Shown here: one piece after another, positions 44,501-55,714 of the stretch
Layout of the letters: every line of letters begins with the position of its first letter
Numbering within the stretch: the stretch's first letter is position 1
Source: Macrostomum lignano
Lineage: Eukaryota
Direction: 5' to 3'
Length of the DNA stretch: 64,000 bases
NCBI GenBank assembly: GCA_002269645.1
Contig: NIVC01000380.1
Location: forward strand, 186,001 to 250,000
Program-made: the position numbers and the translations under genes
Notes under the pieces: model-generated
Seen by the model: the letters and a program-made list of their open reading frames with translations, nothing else
Database searches by the model: none
What the model was told of the DNA's origin: nothing

Positions 44501-47500
44501 CGTTGTTAGGCCGTTGCTAGGCCGTTGCTAGGCCGTTGTTAGGCCATCGCTAGGCCGTCATTAGGCCATTGTTAATCTGTTGCTAGGCCGTTGCTGGGCT
44601 GTTGTTAGGCCGTCGCTAGGCCGTTGTTAGGCCGTTGTGAGGCCGTTGCTGGGCCATTACTAGACCGTCGCTGGGCCTCGCTAGGCCGTTGCTTGGCAGT
44701 TGCTTGGCGGTTGGCGGTTGAAAAGCCATGGCTAGGCTGTTGCTAGGCCGTTTCTAACCCCTCGTACGCAACCTATGAAATTATTACCTATAAAGAAAAA
44801 GCATTTAAAAAAATTTCAGGTAAAAATCAGCGTTACCGAGTTCCAGCCTGAGCCAGGACCGTCTGCTGTGGCCCAGCAGGATGCCGAACTACTCGAAAGT
44901 TTAAACGCCCTAAAATCGGCCGAAACAGTGGAAGATGAAGCCATCGAAGACGATGATAAACCGAAACAGCCTCGTTGCCAGGCGGCACTCAAACTGCTCC
45001 AGCTGGTCTGTGAGAAGCTGGACAGCCAGACAGCGGATTACCGCAACATCAAAGAGCAGATGCTAGCCAGCCAATTAGACGCCAAAGCCGCTCGTTTAGC
45101 CGAAGCTGAGCCGCTTCTGCACGACGATTCGGACTCGGCCGCGTCCGGTCGTCAGGTGCAATTAAAAATTCGCAACTTCCCGGAAGAGCTGATCTCTCCT
45201 GGCAGGGTTGGAGCTCGCGAACTGGAGACGGTGCAGCCTCTGCAACCGGCTGGGAGTTGGTCTCAGACTATGTCTAGACTGGCTCTGCTGCTGCAGTACC
45301 TGGTGTTGAGCAGGCTAACACCTATCTGTTACATTGCTATGGTAGCCTATTATCTAGTACAGTTCACCCTGTTCGCTCTGTACTATCCTCTGGTAGTGTT
45401 CCTATGGGGCATGATGTCGTCCCCTTATCCAACTAAACGATTCTGGTTCGCCTCTATGACCTATACAATGTTTCTAATATTGTTTAAATATTCCTTGAAG
45501 TTTTCTCCGATTAATAAATTATTATTAAATAGCGAGGATGCCTTTGCTAAATGGCTGTCGTTCGAGGCTCAGGTGTCGGAGGCCACTCCAGTTAGCGAGC
45601 TGTGCCTATTGGCTTTGCTGTTTGTTCAGCGCAGCAATTTGAAACGCTACGGCTTGTGGAACATCTCGCGTCGGAATCTGCAGCCTGAAAGGGGTGAGAA
45701 TAGATGGATTGCTAATCTAGTCTGTGGATTGCTATTGTAGTCTGTGGATTGCTAATCTAGTCTGTGGATTGCTATTCTAGTCTGTGGATTGCTAATCTAG
45801 TCTGTGGATTGCTATTCTAGTCTGTGGATTGCTATTCTACTCTGTGGATTGCTATTCTAGTCTGTGGATTGCTATTCTAGTCTGTGGATTGCTATTCTAG
45901 TCTGTGGATTGCTATTCTACTCTGTGGATTGCTATTCTAGTCTGTGGATTGCTATTCTAGTCTGTGGATTGCTAATCCAGTCTATGGATTGCTAGTCTAG
46001 TCTATGGATAGCTAATCTAATGGATTGCTAGTCTAGTCTATGGATAGCTAATCTAATGGATAACTAATCTAGTCTATAGATTGCTAATCTAGTGTGTGGA
46101 TTAGTAATCTACTGTGTAGATAGCTAGTCTAGTCTATGGACTGCTAGTCTAGTCTATGGACTGCTAGTCTAGTCTATGGATTGCTAATCTAGTCTGTGGA
46201 TTGCTAATCTAGTCTGTGGATTGCTAATCTAGTCTGTGGATTGCTAATCTAGTCTATGGATATTTATTATTTTAGAAGCCAACAGCAGCTGCGAACAATG
46301 TCCCGATGATGACGAGGCCACTCCAGCTGAGGCGGCGCCAGGCCCCTCCTCTGCCTCAGCGGCTGATGCAGTGAGCAGTTCTGCCAACCTTCTGCGCAAG
46401 CGTAAAACTGGCGTTGCCAATTCAGCCGAGGATTTCGAGAGACTGCAACAGGGAGCTGCGACTGATGGAGGAGACGTGAGTTTTGTGATCAGATTAGAGT
46501 TTCAACTTTTTATGACAGGAGTGAGGGTGTAGAATTTAAGGGTGAGATTTCGGAGCCTTGTCCAGAATCTAAGGCGTGAGATTTCGGAGCCTTGCCAAGA
46601 ATCTAAGGTGTGAGATTTCGGAGCCCATACTCAGAATCTAAGGTGTGAGATTTCGGAGCCTTGTCCAGAATCTAAGGTGTGAGATTTCGGAGCCTTGTCC
46701 AGAATCTAAGGTGTGAGATTTCGGAGCCTTGTCCAGAATCTAAGGTGTGACATTTCGGAGCCTTGTCCAGAATCTAAGGTGTGACATTTCGGAGCCCATA
46801 CTCAGAATCTAAGGGGTGAGATTTCGGAGCCTTGCCCAGAATCTAAGGGGTGAGATTTCGGAGCCCATACTCAGAATCTAAGGGGTGAGATTTCGGAGCC
46901 CATACTCAGAATCTAAGGCGTGAGATTTCGGAGCCCATACTCAGAATCTAAGGTGTGAGATTTCGGAGCCTTGCCAAGAATCTAAGGTGTGAGATTTCGG
47001 AGCCTTGTCCAGAATCTAAGGTGTGAGATTTCGGAGCCTTGTCCAGAATCTAAGGTGTGACATTTCGGAGCCCATACTCAGAATCTAAGGTGTGAGATTT
47101 CGGAGCCTTGTCCAGAATCTAAGGTGTGAGATTTCGGAGCCCATACTCAGAATCTAAGGTGTGAGATTTCGGAGCCCATACTCAGAATCTAAGGTGTGAC
47201 ATTTCGGAGCCCATACTCAGAATCTAAGGTGTGACATTTCGGAGCCCATACTCAGAATCTAAGGTGTGACATTTCGGAGCCCATACTCAGAATCTAAGGT
47301 GTGACATTTCGGAGCCCTACTCAGAATCTAAGGGGTGAGATTTCGGAGCCTTGCCCAGAATCTAAGGGGTGAGATTTCGGAGCCCATACTCAGAATCTAA
47401 GGGGTGAGATTTCGGAGCCATACTCAGAATCTAAGGTGTGAGATTTCGGAGCCATACTCAGAATCTAAGGGGTGAGATTTCGGAGCCTTGCCCAGAATCT

Positions 47501-50500
47501 AAGGGGTGAGATTTCGGAGCCCATACTCAGAATCTAAGGGGTGAGATTTCGGAGCCATACTCAGAATCTAAGGTGTGAGATTTCGGAGCCTTCCTTCAAA
47601 TCAACAGCTAGAATAAGATTTCTAGATTCGAATCTCAGGTTGAGATTTTGGACTTCTCGAAATTAAAGGTTTTCAACTATTCAAAGAAGGCATAATTTTT
47701 AGCACAAACCAACAATTCTGGATGCCCAATATATGCCTACTATATGTATATACATTACCTATCGTTTTATATCTAGTCAGAACATGCGGGTATTTCAGCA
47801 CTATAAAATATTCCATTACACGCGCGAACTGGATATAAGCTCTCAATAGGTTGTTTTCGCTTCATTAACGCTGCAGACATAAATATGCACAGTTATTTGT
47901 AGCCAAAACCGTGCTTTGCCTTATGATTTCATTTGTGCGTATCGTAATAGCAGATTATAATTTTTTTCTATCAGCTTGTTAGGCTATTCGCGTGTTATTC
48001 GCGTGTTTTTGCATCTAATTATGATACTTTGAGTGTATTGTTTTACTTTACTGATATATATCGTAGTATTTTTTATTTGCCGATATGTATCGTAGTTTAC
48101 TTTACTTTACCGATATGTAGCGTAGTTTACTTTACTCTACTGGTATGTATCGTAGTATTTTTTATTTGCCGATATGTATCGTAGTTTACTTTACTTTACT
48201 TAACCGATATGTATCGTAGTTTACTTTACTTTACTATACCGATATGTATCGTAGTTTACTTTACTTTACTTTACCGATATGTATCGTAGTTTACTTTACT
48301 TTACTTTACCGATATGTATCGTAGTTTACTTTACTTTACTTTACCGATATGTATCGTAGTTTACTTTACTTTACTTTACCGATATGTATCGTAGTTTACT
48401 TTACTTTACTTTACCGATATGTATCGTAGTTTACTTTACTTTACTTTACCGATTTGTATCGTAGTTTACTTTACTTTACTTTACCGATTTGTATCGTAGT
48501 TTACTTTACTTTACTTTACCGATATGTATCGTAGTTTACTTTACTTTACTTTACCGATTTGTATCGTAGTTTACTTTACTTTACTTTACCGATATGTATC
48601 GTAGTTTACTTTACTTTACTTTACCGATATGTATCGTAGTTTACTTTACTTTACTTTACCGATTTGTATCGTAGTTTACTTTACTTTACTTTACCGATAT
48701 GTATCGTAGTTTACTTTACTTTACTTTACCGATTTGTATCGTAGTTTACTTTACTTTGCAGATATGTAGCGTAGTTTACTTTACTTTACCGATATGTAGC
48801 GTAGTTTACTTTACTCTACTGGTATATATATCGTAGTTTACTCTACTTTAGCGATATGTATCGTAGTTTAGTTTACTCTACCGATATGTATCGTACTTTA
48901 CTTTACTTTACCAATAAGTGTCATAGTTTACTATACCGATATGTATCGTAATTTTAATCAATAGGAAGAGGTGAAATCCACATCGGAGGCGACCACAACC
49001 CAAGCTCAGCCTGGCTCACCGGCGACCTCCTCGTTCCTGTGGAACTGTCTGACTCTGCACCCGTTTCGCGAATTCTATAAAAAAGTTGCCGCAGGCAGCG
49101 TGTCGGTTCGAGTCGACCTCTATTCGTCCATGTTCGCCTTTGAGTTCTTGTCGCTGCTTATCATCTTCTTTGGCTACACCAGCGGCTTTGCAGACTCCGG
49201 CATCAGTGATGACGTCAATATTCTCACCTACTTCTCTAAGGAAGAGGTTGGTTTCTGTGTCTGGGTGTCTGTTTTTGTGTCTGGGTGTCTGTTTTTGTGT
49301 CTGGGTGTCTGTTTTTGTGTCTGGGTGTCTGTTTCTGCGTCTGTGTGTGTGTTTCTGTGTCTGGGTGTCTGTGTCTGTTTCTGTGTCTGGGTGTCTGTTT
49401 CTTTGTCTGGGTGTCTGTTTCTGTGTCTGGGTGTCTGTTTTTGTGTCTGGGTGTCTGTTTTTGTGTCTGGGTGTCTGTTTCTGTGTCTGGGTGTCTGTTT
49501 TTGTGTCTGGGTGTCTGTTTCTGTGTCTGGGTGTCTGTTTCTGTGTCTGGGTGTCTGTTTCTGTGTCTGGGTGTCTGTGTCTGTTTCTGTGTCTGGGTGT
49601 CTGTTTCTTTGTCTGGGTGTCTGTTTCTGTGTCTGGGTGTCTGTTTTTGTGTCTGGGTGTCTGTTTTTGTGTCTGGGTGTCTGTTTCTGTGTCTGGGTGT
49701 CTGTTTTTGTGTCTAGGTGTCTATTTATAGTAATAGCATCACAACATGGCATACTGAATGTCAAGCAGCATCAATTGTATTCATTCTAGATTCCGCTGAC
49801 GCTAACTCTCACTCTGTTCGTGCAATTCTTCCTCATGCTGCTGGATCGCGGCCTGTTTCTTACAAAATCGCGCTCAGGAAAGTACTTCTTCCACATTGTG
49901 CACGTCATTCTGCTGCACGTGTACCTGAAATTCGTGCTGCCGACTTTGTCCTCGTGAGTTGGTGTTGGCATGCAAATTTACTTTTTTGAGTCTGGTTACA
50001 GTAAAACTAAGCATGAGTAGTGCGCCTTACTGAGGATCTGTGGTGTTGAGCCCAAATCCTCAGTTTCTGGGCCAGCCTCCCAGATCCTCAGTTGCTGGGC
50101 CAGCCTCCCAGATTCTCAGTTTCTGGGCCAGCCTCCCAGATCCTCAGTTACTGGGCCAGCCTCCCAGATTCTCAGTTGCTGGGTCAGCCTCCCAGGTCCT
50201 CAGTTGCTGGGCCAGCCTCCCAGAGTGTCAGTTGCTGGGCCAGCCTCCCAGATCCTCAGTTACTGGGCCAGCCTCCCAGATTCTCAGTTGCTGGGTCAGC
50301 CTCCCAGATCCTCAGTTTCTGGGCCAGCCTCCCAGATCCTCAGTTTCTGGGCCAGCCTCCCAGATCCTCAGTTTCTGGGCCAGCCTCCCAGATCCTCAGT
50401 TTCTGGGCCAGCCTCCCAGATCCTCAGTTTCTGGGCCAGCCTCCCAGATCCTCAGTTTTTTGCCAGCCTCCCAGAGTGTCAGTTGCTGGGCCAGCCTCCC

Positions 50501-53326
50501 AGAGTGTCAGTTGCTGGGTCAGCCTCCCAGAGTGTCAGTTGCTGGGCCAGCCTCCCAGAGTGTCAGTTGCTGGGCCAGCCTCTCAGATCCTCAGTTGCTG
50601 AGCCAGCCTCCCAGATTCTCAGTTGCTGTGCCAGCCTCCCAGTCCCAGATCCTCAAGTTGCTGGGCCAGCCTCCCAGAGTGTCAGTTGCTGGGCCAGCCT
50701 CCCAGATCCTCAGTTGCTAGGCCAGCCTCCCAGATCCTCAGTTGCTAGGCCAGCCTCCCAGATCCTCAGTTGCTAGGCCAGCCTCCCAGATCCTCAGTTG
50801 CTAGGCCAGCCTCCCAGATCCTCAGTTGCTAGGCCAGCCTCCCAGAGTGTCAGTTGCTGGGCCAGCCTCCCAGATTCTCTGTTGCTAGGCCCTCATCAGA
50901 GTTCCTCCTGCACCGCAGGCCGGAGTACATCGCGGAGAGCTTCGTCATCAAGCTATTCTACATATCAAAGTGCATCTACTTCGCCCTATCGGCCAGTCAA
51001 ATTCTATCCGGCTATCCATCTCGCGTGCTCGGCAATTTCCTATGCAAAGGTCACAACTATTTGAATCTGTTCTCTTTCAAACTGTACATGCTGGTGCCGT
51101 TTTTATTTGAACTGCGCTCCATCATGGACTGGATGCTGAGCAATACGGCATTGAGCGTGTCTCACTGGCTACTAATGGAAGACATGCACAGTTTAATATT
51201 CGTGTCCAAGTGCTGGCGGAGAGCTGAGATCGCCTACCCAACTGAGCGGGCCAAGAACCGGCCTCCGTGCTACAAGTATTGCCCCGGAGTGTGGCTCATT
51301 GTACTCATAGTGGCCTGCATCTGGGCGCCGCTGCTCTGGTTCTCCGTAATGAGTAGCGTGTTTTTAGAGACTAACGCTATCACATCCTGCACTTCTGAAC
51401 TGACTTTGTCGTCTTATACGCCTTTGTACACGTTGAAGACCACCACTGTGATACCCTTCACTGATAGCGACTCAGATGTTGTTAGAGTCTGCTTCTCGGA
51501 TGGTAGCAACTCTTCGGTGAGAGAGGGAGGTGGATGAAGGAGGGAGGTAGAGGGCGGATGAAGGGAGAGGGAGAGGGCGGATGAAGGGAGAGAGAGAGAG
51601 AGAGAGAATGGATGAAGGTAGAGGGAGAGGGCGGATGAGGGAGAGAGTGTACAGCTGAGGGAGAGACGGAGAGGGCGGATGAGGGAGGGAGTGTACAGCT
51701 GAGGGAGAGAGGGAGAGGGCGAATGAGAGAGGGAGTGTACAGCTGAGGGAGAGAGGGAGAGGGCGGATGAGGGAGGGAGTGTACAGCTGAGGGAGAGACG
51801 GAGAGGGCGGATGAGGGAGGGAGTGTACAGCTGAGGGAGAGACGGAGAGGGCGGATGAGGGAGAGAGTGTACAGCTGAAGGAACAATCCGAGCCCTTTAC
51901 CCGAATCCCCCGCAGTCATCGGCGAAGCGAATCGGGTCTCTGCTCAGCTCAACAACGGCCTACACTGTGCAGTTCAATGGCATGTCAAGCGTGCTGTGGA
52001 CCATCACTCCCCCGGCCAGAGCAGCACTCACCAATGAGCTGGCCGGCAATGGCTCGGTTCAGCTGGCATTCCGACTCGAATGCCTTCGAGAGAAGGACAG
52101 CGGAGTGGCTCGTACGGTGGTGTTCAGGCAGGACCTGCTGCAGGGCAGCGATATGAGGATTGAGCTGCTGCGCGTGAGGAAACCCTTGTGACACTTGTTT
52201 TTTGGTCACCTATTGATACTTCATTCACTAATGCATCGCCATTTACCCGCATTCACCACTGATAACACTGTCACCCACATTTTATTATCTATCTATCTTC
52301 ATCAATCAAAGAACATCCACAGCCACCACCTTTACTCACAGCCACCCACATTCACTCAAATTTACCCACATTCACTCACATTCACCCACATTCACTCAAA
52401 TTCACCCACATTCACTCAAATTCACCCACATCCGCCCAAATTCACTCAAATTCACCCACATCCACCCACACGTCCACCCATTTTCATCCATTATAAGTTC
52501 ACCAAAATTTACTAACAGAATAACAAAAATGCCACCTTAATTCACCCACAGTGCCCACTGCAACCATTCCCTAACCGGGCCCCATTCACCCCAACTCGCA
52601 CAGGTGCTGCAAAACTCCACAGCGAATCCGTGGGTGATATTCCGCAGCATCGGCACCAGGTTCCTTCTGTTACGCGGCGATTCCACCGTCATGACTGGCC
52701 TGACGGGCCTGCCAAAGGAGCTCATCGACTTGCGAACGCCGATTAGTCTGGAGGCCAAGTTGAACTCTTCCGGCCAGTCTTCGGACATCTCCTGGTGGCA
52801 GCTGAGCGACCTGTACAGCGGCAGCCACCTGTGCCCAGGCAATTATTCTAATCCGCCTACAGAAGGCGAGGCTCACGACTCTCTCCGGTTGGTGCTGCTG
52901 TCGCAGCGGTCGCGCTCGGAGAACCGCCTGATTCAAGCTATTCAGAAGGTCGGCATGTACGGCATTCTGTCTGTGTTCCTCATCTCCATAGCTAGGATAT
53001 TGCGATCGGGCATTGTGCCAGTTCACTATCTGGTAGCCTATATTGAAATGCCTCACGTGGACAGAATCCTGGCTATTATTAATGACATCTATTTGGTCCG
53101 AGAGACTGGCGATCTGCAACTAGAAGAAGAATTGTTCGCCAAGTTGCTGTTCCTGTTCAGGTCGCCTTCAATGCTGCTGAGGTACAGTCAGACTCCCGAG
53201 AGCATTCTGGCGCAGTTCTATCGTCAGCCGGAGGCTGTTGAATATCCAGCTGATGATGACGCTGACAGCGACGGAGGCGGAGCCCGAGGAGGTGCTTCGG
53301 CCAAGTCTAGGACTAAAACTGAGTGA
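27576..53326 (+). CDS. PIEZO: Piezo-type mechanosensitive ion channel, full length (~2607 aa; 2627 aa with two micro-exons)
   Basis: Exons 27576-27639, 27725-27808, 27893-28012, 28567-28812, 30166-30499, 31539-31707, [33043-33069], [33924-33956], 35101-36012, 36534-36682, 37376-37671, 38217-38386, 38652-38825, 39486-40215, 41325-41478, 42250-42922, 43599-44048, 44820-45693, 46276-46475, 48965-49246, 49790-49953, 50919-51516, 51916-52173, 52604-53326. All phases match; 7824 nt without micro-exons. Motifs: [56 protein letters not shown] (PFEW), [38 protein letters not shown]. Confidence 0.97.
28090..28525. repeat. ~33-bp minisatellite in Piezo intron 3
   Basis: Unit CTGTAGATGATCTACTGTCAA(C/A)CTGTTTA(CAGTGT/TAGAAT). 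Confidence 0.9.
28828..30128. repeat. 21-bp minisatellite in Piezo intron 4, ~60 copies
   Basis: Unit GACAGTCAGATTGTCACTATA; source of the IDSQIVT ORF. Confidence 0.97.
30515..31462. repeat. 25-bp minisatellite in Piezo intron 5
   Basis: Unit TCTATGGGTCATTGGTCATTAGATA. Confidence 0.95.
31862..32772. repeat. C/A-rich 17-18-bp minisatellite in Piezo intron 6
   Basis: Units CACAGCACCCACCAC(AC/CCC); internal ~290-bp duplication marked by CCCCAAAGCACCCCACAGAACCCTCGACAG at ~32301 and ~32603. Confidence 0.93.
33420..33660 (+). mobile_element. SINE-like element (family B, copy 3)
   Basis: B-box-like GGCTCGATTCC; GTGTACATGCCTAACGAT at 33544; GCGCGCTTGTG...CTGCTCAGGGG...GAATG shared with the copies at 16.7 and 17.6 kb. 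Confidence 0.45.
34245..34992. repeat. 45-bp minisatellite in Piezo intron
   Basis: Unit TTGAGTAGCAGGTGTGAATCAATGTGACAGCTAATTATATAGAGA, about 16 copies. Confidence 0.95.
36060..36435. repeat. Degenerate ~22-bp TGTATGATTTATGAC repeat in Piezo intron
   Basis: Direct reading. Confidence 0.85.
36750..37315 (+). repeat. CACTCTACCCTACCCTC-type pyrimidine-rich repeat (intron before exon 37376-37671)
   Basis: Direct reading. Confidence 0.9.
37690..38082 (-). repeat. GGGTAGGGTAGAGTGAGGC repeat, reverse complement of the upstream intron repeat
   Basis: 19-bp units; 37745-37776 is complementary to 37261-37292 at 31 of 32 positions. Confidence 0.9.
38391..38632. repeat. (TCTG)n microsatellite in Piezo intron
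   Basis: Direct reading. Confidence 0.96.
38862..39395. repeat. 21-bp minisatellite containing TTAGGG
   Basis: Unit GACTAGGTTAGG(G/C)TTTGGAGT, about 25 copies. Confidence 0.95.
40362..41302. repeat. 21/23-bp minisatellite in Piezo intron
   Basis: Unit CAGACACTTGCAGAGACATTT; source of the RHLQRHF ORFs. Confidence 0.96.
41582..41870 (+). mobile_element. tRNA-headed SINE with CORE-like central domain and A-rich tail
   Basis: A-box TAGCCTAGTGG (41590), B-box GGTTCGATTCT (41634), then GTCTTTGAACAAGACACTTAACTC...CAGTTCACCCAGCTGTAAAATGGG resembling the MIR/CORE domain (CTTGGGCAAGTCACTTAACCTC...CAGTTTCCTCATCTGTAAAATGGG); tail TAATAAAAAATAAAA. Confidence 0.75.
41935..42213. repeat. (CAGT)n/(CAGG)n compound microsatellite
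   Basis: Direct reading. Confidence 0.95.
42950..43538. repeat. 30-bp minisatellite in Piezo intron
   Basis: Unit TCACTCTGATAAACAAAAATCGCCCTCTAG. Confidence 0.93.
44130..44758. repeat. ~22-bp minisatellite in Piezo intron
   Basis: Unit CTAGGCCGTTGTTAGGCCATCG. Confidence 0.92.
45703..46260. repeat. 20-bp minisatellite in Piezo intron
   Basis: Unit TCTAGTCTGTGGATTGCTA(T/A). Confidence 0.93.
46520..47592. repeat. 34/35-bp minisatellite in Piezo intron
   Basis: Unit CAGAATCTAAGGTGTGAGATTTCGGAGCC(TTGTC/CATACT). Confidence 0.95.
48050..48952. repeat. 35-bp minisatellite with near-palindromic core
   Basis: Unit ACCGATATGTATCGTAG(TTTAC)3TTT; core CGATA-TG-TATCG. Confidence 0.93.
49250..49722. 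repeat. 20-bp GT-rich minisatellite in Piezo intron
   Basis: Unit GTGTCTGGGTGTCTGTTT(C/T)T. Confidence 0.94.
50058..50890. repeat. 28-bp minisatellite (array 1 of 2)
   Basis: Unit GGGCCAGCCTCCCAGATCCTCAGTT(G/T)CT. Confidence 0.95.
51520..51880. repeat. GA-rich repeat in Piezo intron
   Basis: GAGGGAGAGGGCGGATGAGGGAG(A/G)GAGTGTACAGCT units. Confidence 0.85.
52335..52505. repeat. 20-bp ATTCACCCACATTCACTCAA repeat in last Piezo intron
   Basis: Direct reading. Confidence 0.8.
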
Positions 53327-53404
53327 TTGCCTCCTTGACTTATTGATTGACTGCTTAAACATTGTTTTCTTATCTTTTAATCTCTAATAGTCGGTCCACT
53401 TCGC

Positions 53405-53840
53405 TTTCAACCTACTTATCTACCGACCCAACCTACTTATCTACCTACCCAATCTACTCATCTACCTACCCTACCTACTTATCTACCTACCCAATCTACT
53501 CATCTACCTACCCTACCTACTTATCTACCTACCCAATCTACTCATCTACCTACCCTACCTACTTATCTACCTACCCAACCTACTTATCTAGCTACCCAAC
53601 CTACTCATCTACCTACCCTACCTACTTATCTACCTACCCAATCTACTCATCTACCTACCCAACCTACTTATCTACCCACCCAACCTACTTGACTATCTAC
53701 CCAACCTACTTGACTATCTACCCAACCTACTTGGCTATCTACCCAACCTACTTGACTATCTACCCAACCTACTTGACTATCTACCCAACCTACTTGACTA
53801 TCTACCCAACATACTTGACTATCTACCCAACCTACTTTTC
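53405..53840. repeat. CCTAC/TCTAC-rich 21-bp repeat downstream of Piezo stop (3'UTR region)
   Basis: Units CCTACTTATCTACCTACCCAA grading into CCTACTTGACTATCTACCCAA. Confidence 0.9.
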
Positions 53841-54721
53841 ACACATGCAATCTTATTTTCACAGACTCAATTAGCGTCACAAATTGTCAAGCATCTCAGT
53901 GTAGTAAAAAGCACCATTTCCAGAATAGCAAATCAAATTTGAAACGCAATTTCAATAAACTCGGTCACGAGAATGTGTCTTTGTTCCGGTTTCAATGTAT
54001 TCATTTTTTCTTTGCAAAAATTTTACCGCGAAATTTTTCCCCTAAAGTTATTTCTCCCGACCTGCTGACATATTTGATTTGCAATTGCCCCTATGCTTAA
54101 AATACTATTGAATCATTGGGCACATGCTTGTGGCAATCCGCTACTCCAGGCTACTGCGATGAATTGTATCGATATGCCAAAGTTCATTTATTCAATATTA
54201 ATTATGATGATATAATATTCAGTATACACTACTTACTAGGGTATGTGGTCGAATTCTGTATTTCGTCTATTAGTTGTAAATTTATTTATCTAAATTGCAG
54301 TATTGTCCCAGATCCCTGTGTATGCGTGTGTGTTATTATTTTATTTACACTGGTCATTCCGCGATAATCTATGTATTTATTTAATTGTATTGCTGCAATG
54401 CTAGAGGCTAATACAAATCATTAAATCATTTTTTAAAACTATAATTATGTATCAGAAATTTGCAAAAGTATTAATTAATCAATTACTAAATTTAATCAAA
54501 CTATCATGTGTCATATTTTGTGAGTTCGGTTCGCGTAATTATTGGTACGACTAAATTTATTGTAACATCATTTATGAGTGAGCTATGTAATAATTAAACA
54601 GAATTTTATCCTGATCAACTTATTTTTTCGAATGGAAATCTCCGTTTTGCGCGGTATTGTTTGCACTGACTGTCCTTTATTTGCTTTTTTTAACTAAATC
54701 ATCCTTTTTCACTGCCCACAG

Positions 54722-55572
54722 ACACCAGCCTCCCAGAGTGTCAGTTGCTGGGCCAGCCTCCCAGATCCTCAGTTGCTGTGCCAGCCTCCCAAATCCCCAG
54801 TTGCTGGGCCAGCCTCCCAGAGTGTCAGTTGCTGGGCCAGCCTCCCAGAGTGTCAGTTGCTGGGCCAGCCTCCCAGAGTGTCAGTTGCTGGGCCAGCCTC
54901 CCGGATCCTCAGTTGCTGGGCCAGCCTCCCAGATCCTCAGTTGCTGTGCCAGCCTCCCAAATCCCCAGTTGCTGGGCCAGCCTTCCAGATCCTTAGTTGC
55001 TGGGCCAGCCTCCCAGAGTGTCAGTTGCTGGGCCAGCCTCCCAGAGTGTCAGTTGCTGGGCCAGCCTCCCAGAGTGTCAGTTGCTGGGCCAGCCTCCCGG
55101 ATCCTCAGTTGCTGGGCCAGCCTCCCAGATCCTTAGTTGCTGGGCCAGCCTCCCAGATCCTCAGTTTTTTGCCAGCCTCCCAGAGTGTCAGTTGCTGTGC
55201 CAGCCTCCCAGATCCTCAGTTGCTGTGCCAGCCTCCCAAAGTGTCAGTTGCTGTGCCAACCTCTCAGAGTGTCAGTTGCTGGGCCAGCCTCCCAGATTCA
55301 CAGTTGCTGGGCCAGCCTCCCGGATCCTCAGTTGCTGGGCCAGGGCCAGCCTCCCAGATCCTCAGTTGCTGGGCCAGCCTCCCGGATCCTCAGTTGCTGG
55401 GCCAGCCTCCCAGATCCTTAGTTGCTGGGCCAGCCTCTCAGATCCTCAGTTGCTGGGCCAGCCTCCCAGATCCTCAGTTGTTGGGCCAGCCTCCCAGATC
55501 CTCAGTTGCTGGGCCAGCCTCTCAGATCCTCAGTTTTTTTGCCAGCTTCCCAGAGTGTCAGTTGTTTTTTAT
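54722..55572. repeat. 28-bp minisatellite (array 2 of 2), same unit and orientation as 50058-50890
   Basis: GGGCCAGCCTCCCAGA(TCC/GTG)TCAGTTGCT units with the same rare variants (CAGTTTTTTGCCAGC). Confidence 0.95.
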
Positions 55573-55714
55573 CCAGCTTCCCTGATCCCTTATTCCATTC
55601 AATATAATATTTCAAGCAGCGAACTAATTGAGGAATATCTTCTTTAATGTTCAGTTGATACAAAGATAGTTGAGCAAATAACACAGAAATCCAGCTTCAA
55701 AGTTCGAACACACA

